Source of the DNA: Eledone cirrhosa
Lineage: Eukaryota
Direction of reading: 5' to 3'
Length of the DNA stretch: 64,000 bases
Assembly: GCA_964016885.1 (NCBI GenBank)
Contig: OZ024754.1
Coordinates: 28,520,001 to 28,584,000 of the forward strand
The notes below the pieces were generated by a model. The model saw only the letters and a list, made by a program, of their open reading frames with translations, did no database searches and was not told the DNA's origin. Within the stretch, counting starts at the first letter, position 1. Every line of letters begins with the position of its first letter. This document shows positions 26,464 to 39,766 of the stretch, in pieces. The position numbers and the translations under genes are program-made.

Positions 26464-27708
26464 AGCATAGTTGGTGATGTTGCCAACCTTTTCATGGTAT
26501 GGTGGGAAAGGAGACTTAAAGATCTCCTTAATGAAAGCTCCATAGACCTCATCATGTACTCTCATTATGTAGACGATATCAATATAGTTATAAGAACACC
26601 CCCACTAGAGAGCACTAACAAGTTTGATTTAGAACGTAGCACGATGGAAAGCATCCAGCAGATAGCTAATTCCATACACCAGAGTATAACTGTAACTATA
26701 GACTTCCCTTCCAAACACCCTAACAATAGACTACCTGTATTAGACACAGAACTCTGGATTAACACTATAGACGAGAGAGCCCAAATTCTCCACTCACACT
26801 ATGCTAAACCCATGGCCTCCAAATACCTGATACTCAAAAATTCAGCAATGTCCAGTAGTGCTAAGTTTAATATTCTGATCGCAGATTTGGTACGAGTGAT
26901 GAAGAATGTGTCCAGCATGTGCGACCCAACAGAAATGGAAGGACACATCCAACACTTCATCAACCGCATGCAGTTCTCTGGCTACAACCAAAGAGACAGA
27001 GTCAGAGTATACGAAGGAGCCATGGAAAAGTATAAGACCCTCATAGAACTGGACATGAAAGGAATTTGCCCACTATACAGGAGCAAATCATGGAATAGCT
27101 TAGATAGGGCTAGACATAAGATAGGGAAGGCAACATCATGGTACGACAACCAGAGATATCAGAGTGTCATGTTTGTGGACGCCACCCCTGGAGGGAAATT
27201 AGTTAACCAGTGTAGAAAGGCCCTGAGAAAGACCCACTTAAAAATAAAGGTGGTAGAAAAGCCAGGAACCACCATAAAATCCCTGATCAGCAAAACCTAC
27301 CCTTTTAAGAAAACCCACTGTACCAATAGGAAATGTATCATATGTAAGGTGAACCCCCGGATAAACTGTAAAACTAGAAACGTAGTCTATAGCATAAGAT
27401 GTACAGAGGGTACTTGCAGAAACATGACAACAACATACATAGGTGAGACAGCTCGTAGCATAGGTGAAAGGATAGACCAACACTGGGGGGAACTAAAAGG
27501 ACGAAAAAACGGGTCAGTACTATACGAACATGCTAGACAACAACATGACGGTAACATAGACAACATAGAAATTAGAATAATATCTAAACATAGGAATGAC
27601 CCAGCAGATAGGCAAATCAGAGAGGCCAGTGAAATAGAAATTAGAAGAAAGAATGAGTGGAACAACAACAACACCCAAACAAACAACACTGACCTAAGAG
27701 AAGTATAA
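26464..27708 (+). CDS. PLE RT (C-terminal part) plus GIY-YIG endonuclease, open but 5'-truncated
   Basis: YVDD, LPVLD, Cys cluster [13 protein letters not shown]...[20 protein letters not shown]. Confidence 0.88.
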   Translation, partial: SIVGDVANLFMVWWERRLKDLLNESSIDLIMYSHYVDDINIVIRTPPLESTNKFDLERSTMESIQQIANSIHQSITVTIDFPSKHPNNRLPVLDTELWINTIDERAQILHSHYAKPMASKYLILKNSAMSSSAKFNILIADLVRVMKNVSSMCDPTEMEGHIQHFINRMQFSGYNQRDRVRVYEGAMEKYKTLIELDMKGICPLYRSKSWNSLDRARHKIGKATSWYDNQRYQSVMFVDATPGGKLVNQCRKALRKTHLKIKVVEKPGTTIKSLISKTYPFKKTHCTNRKCIICKVNPRINCKTRNVVYSIRCTEGTCRNMTTTYIGETARSIGERIDQHWGELKGRKNGSVLYEHARQQHDGNIDNIEIRIISKHRNDPADRQIREASEIEIRRKNEWNNNNTQTNNTDLREV

Positions 27709-27978
27709 ATAAGTAAATAAAATAAAATAAAATAAGAAATAAATCCATACACAAGCACATAAACACACACTAGTCACCCAGCAGACACAACACTATACAC
27801 ACTAGTCACACATCACACATAACACTACACACACACGCAAACGCATGCGCAAAGAAGACAAAATAAAATAAGATAAACAAACAAGCAAATAAATAAATAA
27901 ATATATAGACAGACTGAACAAAAAAAAAAAAAAATGGCGTAGACATACAACACAACAGGAGGAACAATGAATATAACA

Positions 27979-28017
27979 CCACTGACGATGTTGCAGATGT
28001 GCAACGAAAGATTTATG
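27979..28017 (+). ncRNA. Hammerhead ribozyme motif in PLE 3' region
   Basis: CTGACGA-T-GTTGCA(GATG)TGCAAC-GAAA-GATT-TA; perfect 6-bp stem II, weak stem I. Confidence 0.6.
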
Positions 28018-28257
28018 TAAATTATGTAAACTATATATATGTGTTTGTGTCTATATTGTATCTGTATTATTTTTGACCGCCGGTCAGTCAATGGCAACAT
28101 TGAGGACCGAGTAAGTTAGATCGCAGATATATATATATAAAAGACAGCGAGAAGCGAAAACCAACCAAACAGTGAGTGTGTTCTGTTATTAATTCTGGCA
28201 ATATTACGCAAATATGACCCTCCCCAAATATAACAATGTATATATATATATATATGT

Positions 28258-29578
28258 ATACTATTACACATCCAACGGAGTATGCAAGCTTCGTTCTTCT
28301 CCAGTCTGTGCAGAACCTCTGCACACAATGCCATGTAATATTGCTGGTCACATGCAGGCATCATACAGTCTGCCTTTCATTTTTAGAGAGAAACCTTTAG
28401 CAGCCAATAGTGGTATAAGCTCTCTGAACTTTTTCCATCCCATTCTGACTCTGGCTACTGTACTTTCAGAGCACCCTCCACCACTGCTGATTTTGTCACC
28501 CAGGTAACGGAAGGTGTCCACTATTTCTATAGAATCATATGGGCAATGGAAGGAGCTAGTATCCTGTGGGCACTTGCTACTTATTGCACCTGAGCACCGG
28601 CCACATATAAAAACTACGTTCTTAGATAGCTTACCTGTGATCACACTACATTTTTATGCACCCATACTTTGCATTTGGGACATAAAATGGAATTTCTGCC
28701 TACTCCTTTCCTACACACTGAGCATGGCCATTTCCCAGAGGGGACCTGTGCCTTATTTTCCTTCCTACATACTAGAACTTTATTCTTAGACAAGTTAACT
28801 TTAAGGCCTTTTGATTCTAGGCCGTGCTTCCATGTTTGGGATTTCTTCTCTAGTTCAGCCATCGATTCAGCTATGAGCATTAGATCATCTACATATAGAA
28901 GTTCCCATGGGCAGCCGGTCTGTTATAGCCTGAAGGGCAATAATAAATAGGAGGGGGCTAAGGACAGAGCCCTGATGAACACCAACTTTTATGCTAAATT
29001 CTTCACTATATTCGTTGTTAATTCTAACCTTGCTGACTGTTTCTTTATATATGGCTTGTATAGCTCTCACAAGCCATTCATCAACACCTAGTTTTCTATC
29101 CATCAGATAATGGAGCAGGGGACTCTGTCAAAGGCTTTCTCCAAGTCAACAAAAGCTAAGTATAGGGGTTTACTTTCAGCTAGGTACTTCTCCTGTAGTT
29201 GTCGTACAAGGAAAAGAGCGTTTGTGGTACTTTTACCTGACACAAACCCAAACTGCATTTCATCTAGATCAATTCGCTCTCTGATTAGTTGCGCTATAAC
29301 TCTTTCTGTGACCTTCATGACCTGGTCAATTAATTTAATGCCTCTATAGTTTCCCCTATCTAGGACATCTCCTTTACCCTTATAGCAGTTAATGATGATG
29401 ATGCTACACCAGTCATTTGGTATGACCCCATTCTGTATGACTTGGTTTATTATCCGGGTGACCATGGTGTGTCCCACCGATCCAGATGCTTTCAGCATTT
29501 CAGCAACCATCTCCGAAAGCCCAGCTGCTTTGCCTGTCTTCATATCTGTGATTGCCTTACTTATACAACCTTCAACTT
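28258..29578 (-). mobile_element. RTE LINE family 2 internal fragment (RT plus Cys finger)
   Basis: Minus ORFs homologous to the 60300-63275 protein, with frameshifts. Confidence 0.92.
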
Positions 29579-29779
29579 GTGTGTATATATATATATATAT
29601 ATTACATATATAATATATTCATATATATAAGTTTATGTACATGTATATATGTATGTGTGTAGGGTGTATATATATATATATATATATATAAATATATTAT
29701 ATGTATGTGTATAGATATGTGTGTGTATATAATATATTGATATAAGTTTTTGTACATATATATATGCATGCATCTGTGT

Positions 29780-30751
29780 ATTGCACAGATGGTTCTATAG
29801 AAATAGTGGACACCTTCCGTTACTTGGGTGACAAAATCAGCAGTGGTGGAGGGTGCTCTGAAAGTACAGTAGCTAGAGTCAGAACTGGATGGAAAAATTT
29901 CCGAGAGCTTATACCACTATTAGCTGCTAAAGGGATCTCTCTAAAAATGAAAGGCAGGCTGTATGATGTCTGCTTACGAACAGCAATGTGAGACCTGGGC
30001 ATTGTGTGCAGAGGATATACGCAGACTGGAGAGGAACGAAGCTTGCATGCTCCGCTGGATGTGTAATAGTAATATACGTGAACGGCAAAGCATAAACGAA
30101 CTAAGGGAAAAATTAGAAATAAGAGGGATCAGATGTTGTTTACTCGAGAGAAGGCTACGTTGGTACGGTCACGTGATGCGCATGAAAGATGACAGCTGTA
30201 TAAAAAAGTGCAGGGCAATAAAAATAGACGGTAGCCACGGAGTAGGCAGACTCAGAAAAACCTGGGACGACTCAATAAATTCCGATCTCACACACTTACA
30301 CCTCTCCAAGACAATGTCACTGGACCGAGATCTTTGGTTCTACACGGTAATACAGAAGACCCGCCTTACCTAAGTACAAAGTGAAACCTACTACAGTCAG
30401 TAGGCACCTCTAACAAAAATACACCCCCGTCCCACTACCCACACCCCATCCACACCACCCCTTTCAATGTAAAGCTATGTTGATGTCACAACATCCAGCC
30501 CGAAACAAATGAGGTCGTGTAGGTGTCACGACAAAAAAATACACACAGTCCACGCTGTAATGTGGCCGTGTAGGTAACACGGTAAAAACCTCCCAGTTCA
30601 CACTGTAAACGTGGTTGGTATTCGGAAGGGCATCCAGCCGTAGAAAACCCGCCAGACAGTCCTATACGAACAAGACAACCACTCTTGCCTCAAGTGGGAA
30701 AACTTCCGTCCAAACCTATGCAAGCGTGGAAGATGGACGTTAAACGACGAC

Positions 30752-30782
<31 letters not shown>
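29780..30782 (+). mobile_element. RTE LINE family 2, 3' fragment with long 3' UTR
   Basis: IEIVDTFRYLG...RLRWYGHV...KTRLT*, about 380-bp UTR, (GAT)n tail. Confidence 0.93.
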
Positions 30783-30796
<14 letters not shown>

Positions 30797-31559
30797 GGCG
30801 GCGGCGGCGGCGACGATGATGATGATGATGATGATTGGTGTGTGTATGTATATATATATGTATATGTATATATCAGCTCAAACATTGTGTAGAAGCAGAT
30901 CTCTAAATCTTTCAATTTCCAAAGCCTACTTTTACAGAAGATGGTACATATTTTTTTCCTTCTCTCTATTTCCGATCATTGACTTACTCTCAAACTGGAT
31001 TTATTACTAATCAATATTCACACTCACATCCCTCCTTCACAACTTCTAAACTCTTTGGCATTTCTTTCTCATCATTTGCATACTTTTTTTCAAATTTAAT
31101 ATGTTTTCTGAAGCTGAATTACTTTTGCTTATCTACGTATGTACCTATTATTATTGTTTTGCCTTGCCTTTAAGAAGTTCAATTTTCAGCAATTTATTTG
31201 AAAACACGCAAATCAGTGATGTAATTGTGAGGATGAAGATAAAAATAAAAAAAAAATAGGTAGATGAATAAATGCAGTTACTTGAAAAAGAAAAGTTTGT
31301 CTGCTTCTAATATTGCTATCAATAATACTCCACTGAATTCTTCATTTACTTAATATTTCAATTTAAACTAAAATAAATAAATAATATATTTCATTATTAC
31401 CTTCTCTTGCCTGAAGAAATGCTTTTTGAGAAGAATTTCATATGACTTTGGAATATTTTGGGAATGGGAAAACTCATTTCCTTTTCTGCCTGTTTTTAAC
31501 TCTTTGATGTCATAAATGATTGTTAATAATGGCTTATACCTTTAACATTTAATAATGGC

Positions 31560-31753
31560 ATATACCTTTAACATTTAAACTGGCCACATCAGGATTCTCT
31601 AACCTCTTTCTGTTCAAACCAGCCATAACCGGCCGCTCATACCAACGTTAAGGCATTCTTCTCAAAATAAATATAAAAATCTTGTAGATTCAATATTTTA
31701 TATTACTTTTATATAATAGTAAATATAAAGTAATATAAATGCTAAAGGGTTAA
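31560..31753. mobile_element. piggyBac-type MITE
   Basis: CCTTTAACATTTA...AATGCTAAAGGGTTAA; homologous to 13570-13739. Confidence 0.65.
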
Positions 31754-31920
31754 TTATGAGTTTCCAACAGTTTTTTTTTTTCTTTTACATACTGAATGGG
31801 GTGCTGTTATTCTTTGAATTATAATATTGTTAATTCTATAGGTAATAGAATCATTCTTGAACTCACCAACAGAGATTTATGTACATAATGTTTTAGTAGT
31901 TTATTATTAACCCTTTTAAT

Positions 31921-32110
31921 GGCGGTGGATTGGCAGTATCGGTAGAGGTTCGGACGCCATGCTTTGACGCATAGAGTTACGGCCCTTGCCATTCTGAGTT
32001 CAAATCCCGCCGAGGTTAACTTTGCCTTTCATCCTTACGGGGTCGATAAAATAAAGTACCAGTAATGTACTGGGTAATTTTCTGGCCTTGTGCCAATAGT
32101 AGAAACAATT
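31921..32110 (+). mobile_element. tRNA-derived SINE, family B (complete)
   Basis: GGCGGTGGATTGGCAGTATCGGTAGAG...GAGTTCAAATCCCGCCGAGGTTAACTTTGCCTTTCATCCTTACGGGGTCGATAAAATAAAGTACC...GTAGAAACAATTATT. Confidence 0.88.
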
Positions 32111-32339
32111 ATTAACCCTTTTACATTTACATTACTTTATATATACTATTGTATTTTTGTGGTAAAGCTTTATCTTACAACATTATCTCACATAATATTT
32201 CATCTACGAGATTTTGATGTTATTTATTTTAAGAAAAATACCTTAACGTCCAGTATGAGTGGCCAGTACAGCTGGTTTGAACAGAAAGAGATGAGAGAAT
32301 TCTGGCTGGATACAGCCAGTTTAAATGCTAAAGGATTAA
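32111..32339. mobile_element. piggyBac-type MITE, opposite orientation
   Basis: TTAACCCTTTTACATTTA...TAAATGCTAAAGGATTAA. Confidence 0.7.
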
Positions 32340-34394
32340 ATCACTGGACACCAATTTGAGGGTGTTTGGCTCATGATAAGGTTATAGGTTTGATTCCTAG
32401 TTGAATGTTGTATTTTCTTAAATATATGGTACTGGGTTTGATTCACAGAACAGGTGTCATCTTGTTTCCTTGAACAAGGTACTCCATGTCATGTTGCCCT
32501 AGTTTACTCAGCTGAAAATGAATATCAGCAGCAGCTTGGGATTATTAACCCTACAGTTGACTCATGTTGCATCCTGAAGAGAATCTTGTACTATAATGAG
32601 CATAGATTTAAGTTTTGTTTAACTTTTTTGTTATCATATTTCTAATGAAAGACACTGCCAATGATTTGAAATAATTTTGAAAATAATCAAGAATTTGTAG
32701 GGATTTAAAAAAATACTTTCTCATTATTAAGCTGGCATTAGAACATAACCAAGGTTCTTACATATGGAAGATTTTTTAGATATATATAAACATTTAAAAA
32801 CAAGAGTTTTGTATCATAGATTTAGTGGTTGTTTCGGGTGGTTTTGGTGTGGAAATAACTAAGCTATCTTTGTTTTCTGTTCATTTATATTCTTTGTTTA
32901 GAATTAATCAGTATTCTCTTATGTTTGAACCTGTAGAGCCATGAAAACACTGCAAGTTCTGTACATCCTGAGTTCAAATCTTGTGCCTCCTGTCAGTAGT
33001 TGTGACTGGCAGATAATATTAGCAATAGGAAGACCAATGGAAATATAGTTTCTCTGGTGGGATCTGGCAATCAGCTCTCTTTCTTTCATTTGTATATTCT
33101 CAGTTCAAGTCTTGTGCCTCCTGTCAGTAGTTGTGACTGGCAGATAATTTTAGCAATGAAAAGACCAGTGGAAACATAGTTCCTCTGGTGCGATCTAATG
33201 ATCAGCTCTTTTTCTTTCTTTTTCTGCCAAGTGTTTTGACAAGTATCAGGAATGGAAAGACCCATGAAAACAGTTTCTTTGTTCCCTTCTGATGATTAGC
33301 TTTTTTTCTTTTTTAACTAGAATGAATGTTACACATGTAATATTTTACCATGGTATAGAAGAAATAAATTTTACATACTTGTGTATGTATGAGCTAGATC
33401 TCCAGTTGTTCCAATAATGACAACTGTTCTAATTGTTTGTACAACAGAACAACCAGATTGTGAAAGTAAAATGGAAGTGGTTAAGCATTACACAGACATG
33501 TAGACATTTTATGTAGTTCTCAGGGAGACTTAGCATGACATTGTGTGACAAGGTTGGCCTTTTAAACTACAGGTACAACTCACTTTTGCCTGCTGGAGTA
33601 ATGTGAAATAAAGTGTCTTGCTGAAGAAGGTCACAACATCCCACCAGAAATTGAATTCACCTCATAAAGATTGAGAACTGAACGCCCACAAAAATTCTAC
33701 TTATCATTGAGTAATAGCTGACCTTCTCATATTGATTATTGATATTATATTTCTTAGTGTTTTTTTTTAGGGGAAGTTGGGGCGGGGGCGTCTTTATTAA
33801 TCTAAATCCAAAATTTTGGAATCGATATTTTCTGCTTCCAATTTTAGAAAATGTATCTTTATCATTAGAATATTTAAACTAGAAAAAAATAAAGAAAGAA
33901 AATTAGCTTAACAAAAGGTTTTGCTAATTTTTTTTTTCAATAACAGAAGTTATCCCCATCCCCCTATAACAGGTTGTTTAACACTAGATAAGCAGGATAT
34001 AGAGGAAAAAATAATACAACTATGTTATACTGATCTACTATCAACATTTCTTTAGCCTGCCAAATAGTGAAATAGCATATGTAGATAATGTTCCTGATGA
34101 TATTGATGATGGCTGTGATGATGATGATGATGATAGTGGTGGTGGTGATGTAGTGGTGGTGGAACACATAAATATATAAAAACAAGGGAAACTACAACAT
34201 ATAACAACAACAGTGTAGACCATCAATAACAACAACTTACAACATCATCAACAGTATAGATAGAACCTGTAATAACAGCATACAATAAGATACAACCATA
34301 CAGGAAATGTAAATGGTATGCTCAACTGATTGTGGTTTTAACTACTACTACTACCACCACTACTACTACTACTAATAATAATAATAATAATAAT

Positions 34395-34925
34395 AATTGT
34401 TTCTACTTTAGGCACAAGGCCAGCAATTACTCAGTGCATTACTGGTACTTTATTTTATCAACCCCGTAAGTATGAAAGGCAAAGTTAACCTCGGCGGGAT
34501 TTGAACTCAGAATGGCAAGGGCCGTAACTCCATGCGTCAAAGCATGGCGTCCGACCCTCTACCGATACTGTCAATCTAATAATAATAATTGTTTCTACTT
34601 TAGGCACAAGGCCAGCAATTAACCAGTGCATTACTGGTACTTTATTTTATCGACCCCGTAAGGATGAAAGGCAAAGTCAACCTCGGCGGGATTTGAACTC
34701 AGATCGTAAAGGGACGTAACTATGCTGGGTAATAAATGTTTCTACTTTTGGCACAAGGCCAGCATTTATCCTAGTACATTACTGGTACTTTATTTTATCG
34801 AGCCCGTAAGGATGAAAGGAAAAGTTAACCTTGGCGGGATGATAATAATGATAATTGTTTCTGCATTTGGCACAAAGCCAGCAATTATTCCAGTGCTTTA
34901 TTTCTGGTGCTTTATTTTATCGATC
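34395..34925 (-). mobile_element. Tandem array of four SINE family B copies
   Basis: TTGTTTCTACTTTAGGCACAAGGCCAGCAATT recurs at about 34397, 34589, 34737 and 34855, each copy shorter. Confidence 0.85.
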
Positions 34926-35964
34926 CAAATAATAATAATAATAATAATAATACCACAACCATGACTACTACTACTGCCATCACCACTACTATTGCTACCA
35001 CCACCACCACGACATAACATGGATGGCATTGTGTTTATATTGATAAATTTCCTGGGTAGGTAGGGTAGGTAGGAGAAAGGGTTAGATAAGATAGGTGATG
35101 GGATTAAGACTATACAGGAGCATCTGTTTTGCCTTAAGTTTGTATTATTTGTGATTATATTTTGTTTACTCTTACTTATTGGAATATTTCAGAAATCTAT
35201 AATATGAGAAGACAAAAAACTTACAAAACCATTACATTTATGGTTTTCAGTAATGTTCTAATTAGAAATATATTTGGTTTTATGTCTGTTTTTTTTTAAT
35301 GTAAAGAATTTATTGGTATAGATTTTATTGGAATTTTATTTTGTTCTTTTTTGTTGTTTTTATTGTTAGTTTTATTTTTCGGTGTGGTTGTCTTCTTTAT
35401 CTGACACCTGACATTTAAAAATTTTATAATTTTTATTAAACCTTTCATTTTTTTGATTTCCTAATGAATGACATGGCCTATGATTTTCAAATAATTTTGA
35501 ACATTATGAAGAATTTCGAGAGATTTAGTAATATAGCTAACTTCTCATTATAAAGTTGGTGATGTTTGGAACATAACTTAACAATGGGTTCTACATAAAA
35601 TTATGATAGATGGTTTTTATAGATAAATATAAATGCTTTAACTCTTTCATTACTACACAGCCTTTGAAAATGCTTATCGTCAGGCTGGTGTCCAGAATAA
35701 GGCTCTCTCATATTCACTCTTGAAGTAGACAATGTTGTTTAGCACATCCCGGCTCCATTCAGTGGCTGATACCTAGATGATACAATGATAGATGGGCTTT
35801 TGGAGATTCTCTGCTATGATCCTGAATTGGTGGTTCTTGAGATAATTCCTTGAAGTTATAGGACTTGAACATCAAAACATAAATCCAGGAAAAGTTTCCT
35901 AAAGAATGTCACACTCCTTGGGACATCAAGCAGAAGTAGGGAAAAAGTCACTTGCTGGGAAGAA

Positions 35965-36332
35965 AAACTTAACAACCTCCCATCTGTAACAACAATGGAG
36001 TTAAAGGCAAGTGAAGCGCTGACCTCCAGAGCAGATAAAAAACAATGCAGTGTGAAAATTCCTCAACAGATTAAGATCTGGTGTTGGTCGTGCAAAAGTC
36101 AATCTGGCAAAATGGAGATATTTAAAGGATGAGGACATTGTGTTTGAATGCGGCATTGAATCACAGACTATGCAGCACCTCCTGATATTCGCCTTACTGG
36201 GACACCCCTGCACAGAATTGGTCTTGTCATAGTTTAATGAAAAAGGACAGCAATGTGTTCAGCTGTGACTGAATCACATCTAACCAAGCTCTGTAACTGA
36301 CACTCTTGTGGACATGACAAGAAGAAGAAGAA
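35965..36332 (+). mobile_element. Vingi/Ingi-like LINE 3' fragment
   Basis: LNRLRSGVGRAKVNLAKW...ECG..QTMQH; ends GACATGACAAGAAGAAGAAG. Confidence 0.6.
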
Positions 36333-36785
36333 ATGATGTAGAGAGTTTTGTAGCTTGTGTCTCAGATGTGGAATCAATACTTCACTGGGCGCTGGTGACC
36401 CCAAAGAAAGACGTTTTCTTCTTTAGTTCACTCCTTTTCTTGCTTGTCATCATGTCCAGGCTTTGCCAGCTCAAAATACATATAAGCAGACTGAATCTGA
36501 TCAATGCCCATCCAGTTCTCTTCCTATTGAAGAACAGCTTTGCCATGTCAAAACTTCTATATACTTTCCACAGTCCCTGGAAAGAGCCACACATCACTTC
36601 TCATAAATCGTGACTCCTGTATCTGGTATGGTGTTAAGGAGATATGCAATGTCTACGAGACCCAATCTCAAATCCCTGAATCTCACTGTCAGGTTGACAA
36701 ATGAACATGACAAGTGGAAAAATGTAGTGAAAAAGACCTGTCCAACCCATGCAAGCATGGAAAAATGAATGTAAAATAATGATTT

Positions 36786-36871
<86 letters not shown>

Positions 36872-36900
36872 CATATATATATGCAAATATACATATATGT

Positions 36901-36986
36901 GTTTCAGAAGATCCTGTTAAGGAGGAAAGCAGCGATTCTTTGCTTAGACTTTAATCTGTTATTTTAATAAATAATTGGTATATGTG

Positions 36987-37017
<31 letters not shown>

Positions 37018-37200
37018 GTGTATATAAATAAATATATACATATATATATATATTTATTAAAATAACAGATTAAAGTTTAAGCAAAGAATCGCTGCTTTCA
37101 CCCTTAACAGGATCTTTTGAAACTCAGTTTCAGAAGATCCCGCTAAGGGTGAAAGCAGCGATTCTTTGCTTAAACTTTAATCTGTTATTTTAATAAATAT
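36901..37200. repeat. Three copies of a 75-bp unit (+,-,+), PLE pLTR-like, with decayed hammerhead
   Basis: GTTTCAGAAGATCCCGCTAAGGGTGAAAGCAGCGATTCTTTGCTTAAACTTTAATCTGTTATTTTAATAAATA; 37053-37200 is a palindrome. Confidence 0.75.
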
Positions 37201-37553
37201 TTGCTCTACAGTTCTTATATATTTGATATATATTTATCCTTATCGAGCCCTCTTTGGATTTTAGTCTTCAAATTTATTATTATTACATATATATATATGC
37301 AAATATACATATATATATGCATATATAAATTATACTTAATTTCCTCTGTAGTTATTGGTCACCAACATTTGAATAAAAATTTAATCACACAGGGATACAT
37401 AAATACAGAAGATGATAAAACACAAATTTTTGAGCTACCTCTTACTTGGAGGCAAGACCATGAATACACATTATATAATTAACATATTTTACATCCATTC
37501 CTATGTGGTTTTTATGGAACTTTTACAGTACATCTTCCTCCATTATATACACA

Positions 37554-37593
<40 letters not shown>

Positions 37594-38289
37594 AATATAC
37601 TTGTGTGTGTGTGTATATATATATGTATATATCGAAAAGGCAAACAAAAGTAACAAAGTAAGTATATATGTATATATGCATATATATATATATATTTATA
37701 TATTTATATATTTACGTATATGAATATATCAATTGTACTTGATTTCTCCTGTAGTTATTGGTCACCAACATTTGAATAAAAGTGTGATACACACAGGCAT
37801 ACGTACATTCACACAAATACAGACACATGCGTGCACCCGTACACACACACCAAGTGTGGCAATCTACACACAAACATACACACACACATACAAACAAACA
37901 TCCTTTTGATCATACATTAACAATAAAACTTTGATGTCTCTCCAAGGAATTCTTTAGATTATATCCATGATAAGTTCCACACTCATTCAATTCACATCAA
38001 ACTAAAAACTCATATCAGACTAGAAGTATCTACAGGCCTTCAGTTAATTATATTCGTCTTTCTCTTATGATATTGAACAAAATTGTAAAAATGAAGCTAC
38101 AACATGCCAAAGCTTAAGACAAAGGATCAATATATTATTTATAACTTTATCTTTGTCATTAGTTTAGCTCATTCAATATGTTTTGTAAAGTAATATTTGT
38201 TTGGATATTTGGTCATGTGGAAAGTTAACACAAGTGCAGACAGCTTTTCCTTTCCTTTCTTCTTGCTGTATGACATATGCTCAATAGTT

Positions 38290-38490
38290 AGAGAGGCAGG
38301 TTGACACCAGCGAACCAGAATAAGGCCCACAACCTCATTGGTAGCATTATGGATTGCCTCCAGGCTTCCGGGAAAGTGTCTGACATGGGCAATTCTGAAC
38401 AACATACTGGACCATCTGGTCAGGGACCCCCACAGTCACATATGAAGTTAGAGAGGCAGATCAAGACAAGTGAGCCAGGCCAAGGCACAT
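38290..38490 (-). mobile_element. Degenerate Vingi-like LINE fragment
   Basis: Minus strand CDCG..QMVQYVVQNCPC..RHFPGSLEAIHNA across frameshifts. Confidence 0.45.
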
Positions 38491-39068
38491 ATATATGTAA
38501 ACGCAAGAAATAGATCACCAAGGTTCCTCAATTAATATTAATATATTATTTATTTCATTTACACAAGTTTCATTCTCCAAAGAATACTATTTTCAATATG
38601 TCTGTAGAGAAGTCATCAGAATTAATTACATATAACATATAAAGGTATTTATATGTTATATATAAATACCTTTATATGTATATATGTATATATATTGGTG
38701 AAAGCACAGGATCGATCTCTGCTTTCATAAATAAATGCACTCTGCATCTTACCATGTATTGAGTACTTCTCTGATTTGTGGTCTTCATGGTCCTTGTACC
38801 TCAGACTATCAGTATATATATGTAATGTGTGTGCCTATGTATGTGTATACCTGTGTGTATATGAATCACCAATAAAAATCAGACTGTTGCCAGAATTTTT
38901 TCATTGTCATGTTGAAGTTGTAGCTACATATGGTTTATATGAGTGCAGCAAATAGAAAGAAAAAATAAATAATGTAGCTAGCTCACTATATATGTGTGTG
39001 TGTCTATATGTTTATATATATATATTAATTCAAAATATTAACAAAAATAGACATTCGTGTGATCAAGT

Positions 39069-39137
39069 ATATTTTATTATACATATTTCAGAGGTACTGA
39101 ACTATCTTCAACAGTACGTCCTCATCAGATAAAATAT
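39069..39137 (-). ncRNA. Hammerhead ribozyme in orphan PLE pLTR
   Basis: ATATTTTAT-CTGATGA-GGACGTACTG..CAGTACCTCT-GAAA-TATGTA-TA-ATAAAATAT; 9-bp stem I. Confidence 0.75.
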
Positions 39138-39609
39138 GATGCATGACATACCCTGACTTAGTAGATGGTTAAGATTCAGTCATGGTAGTGAATAAGATAT
39201 GACAAAACTCAATATTTATATACCTTAAGATTGAGACATGAAAGAATTACATATAATACAGAGGGTGCATGTGAGAATACATAATAGCAATTTACATAAC
39301 TATTAGAGATTCAAATAATTTAAATTATTGAAGAAAGAAGAAAGACAGAGAGAAACAGATGAGGAAAAAGATAGTTACTTGAAATATAGAAAGCAAAAGA
39401 GAATTGATCAAGGATAGAGAGACAAGGAGGAATAATTTTTATAGTATAAAGCATAGGGAGGGAGATTTGTATTGTCATGGATAAATAGTGTATAATTAGA
39501 TGATGCAAAAATATATATATATTATACTCCGGAAAACCAATCTGTGGAGTGCTTCCAATCTATTGTAAAACTCATTCTTTGATTTATTCATTGAACCTTG
39601 TTTAACCTT

Positions 39610-39647
<38 letters not shown>

Positions 39648-39685
39648 GTGTGTATATGTTTATATATATAATATGTGTGTATATG

Positions 39686-39760
<75 letters not shown>

Positions 39761-39766
39761 AACATA

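Larger units (their letters stand above)
26464..28245 (+). mobile_element. Penelope-like element, 5'-truncated
   Basis: RT C-half plus GIY-YIG ORF followed by a 3' region with hammerhead motif; starts at (TA)n. Confidence 0.9.

Noticed and set aside
37350-37482. Possible exon after TTTCCTCTGTAG (partly duplicated at 37730-37781)
   Set aside because: No recognisable homology or partner exon
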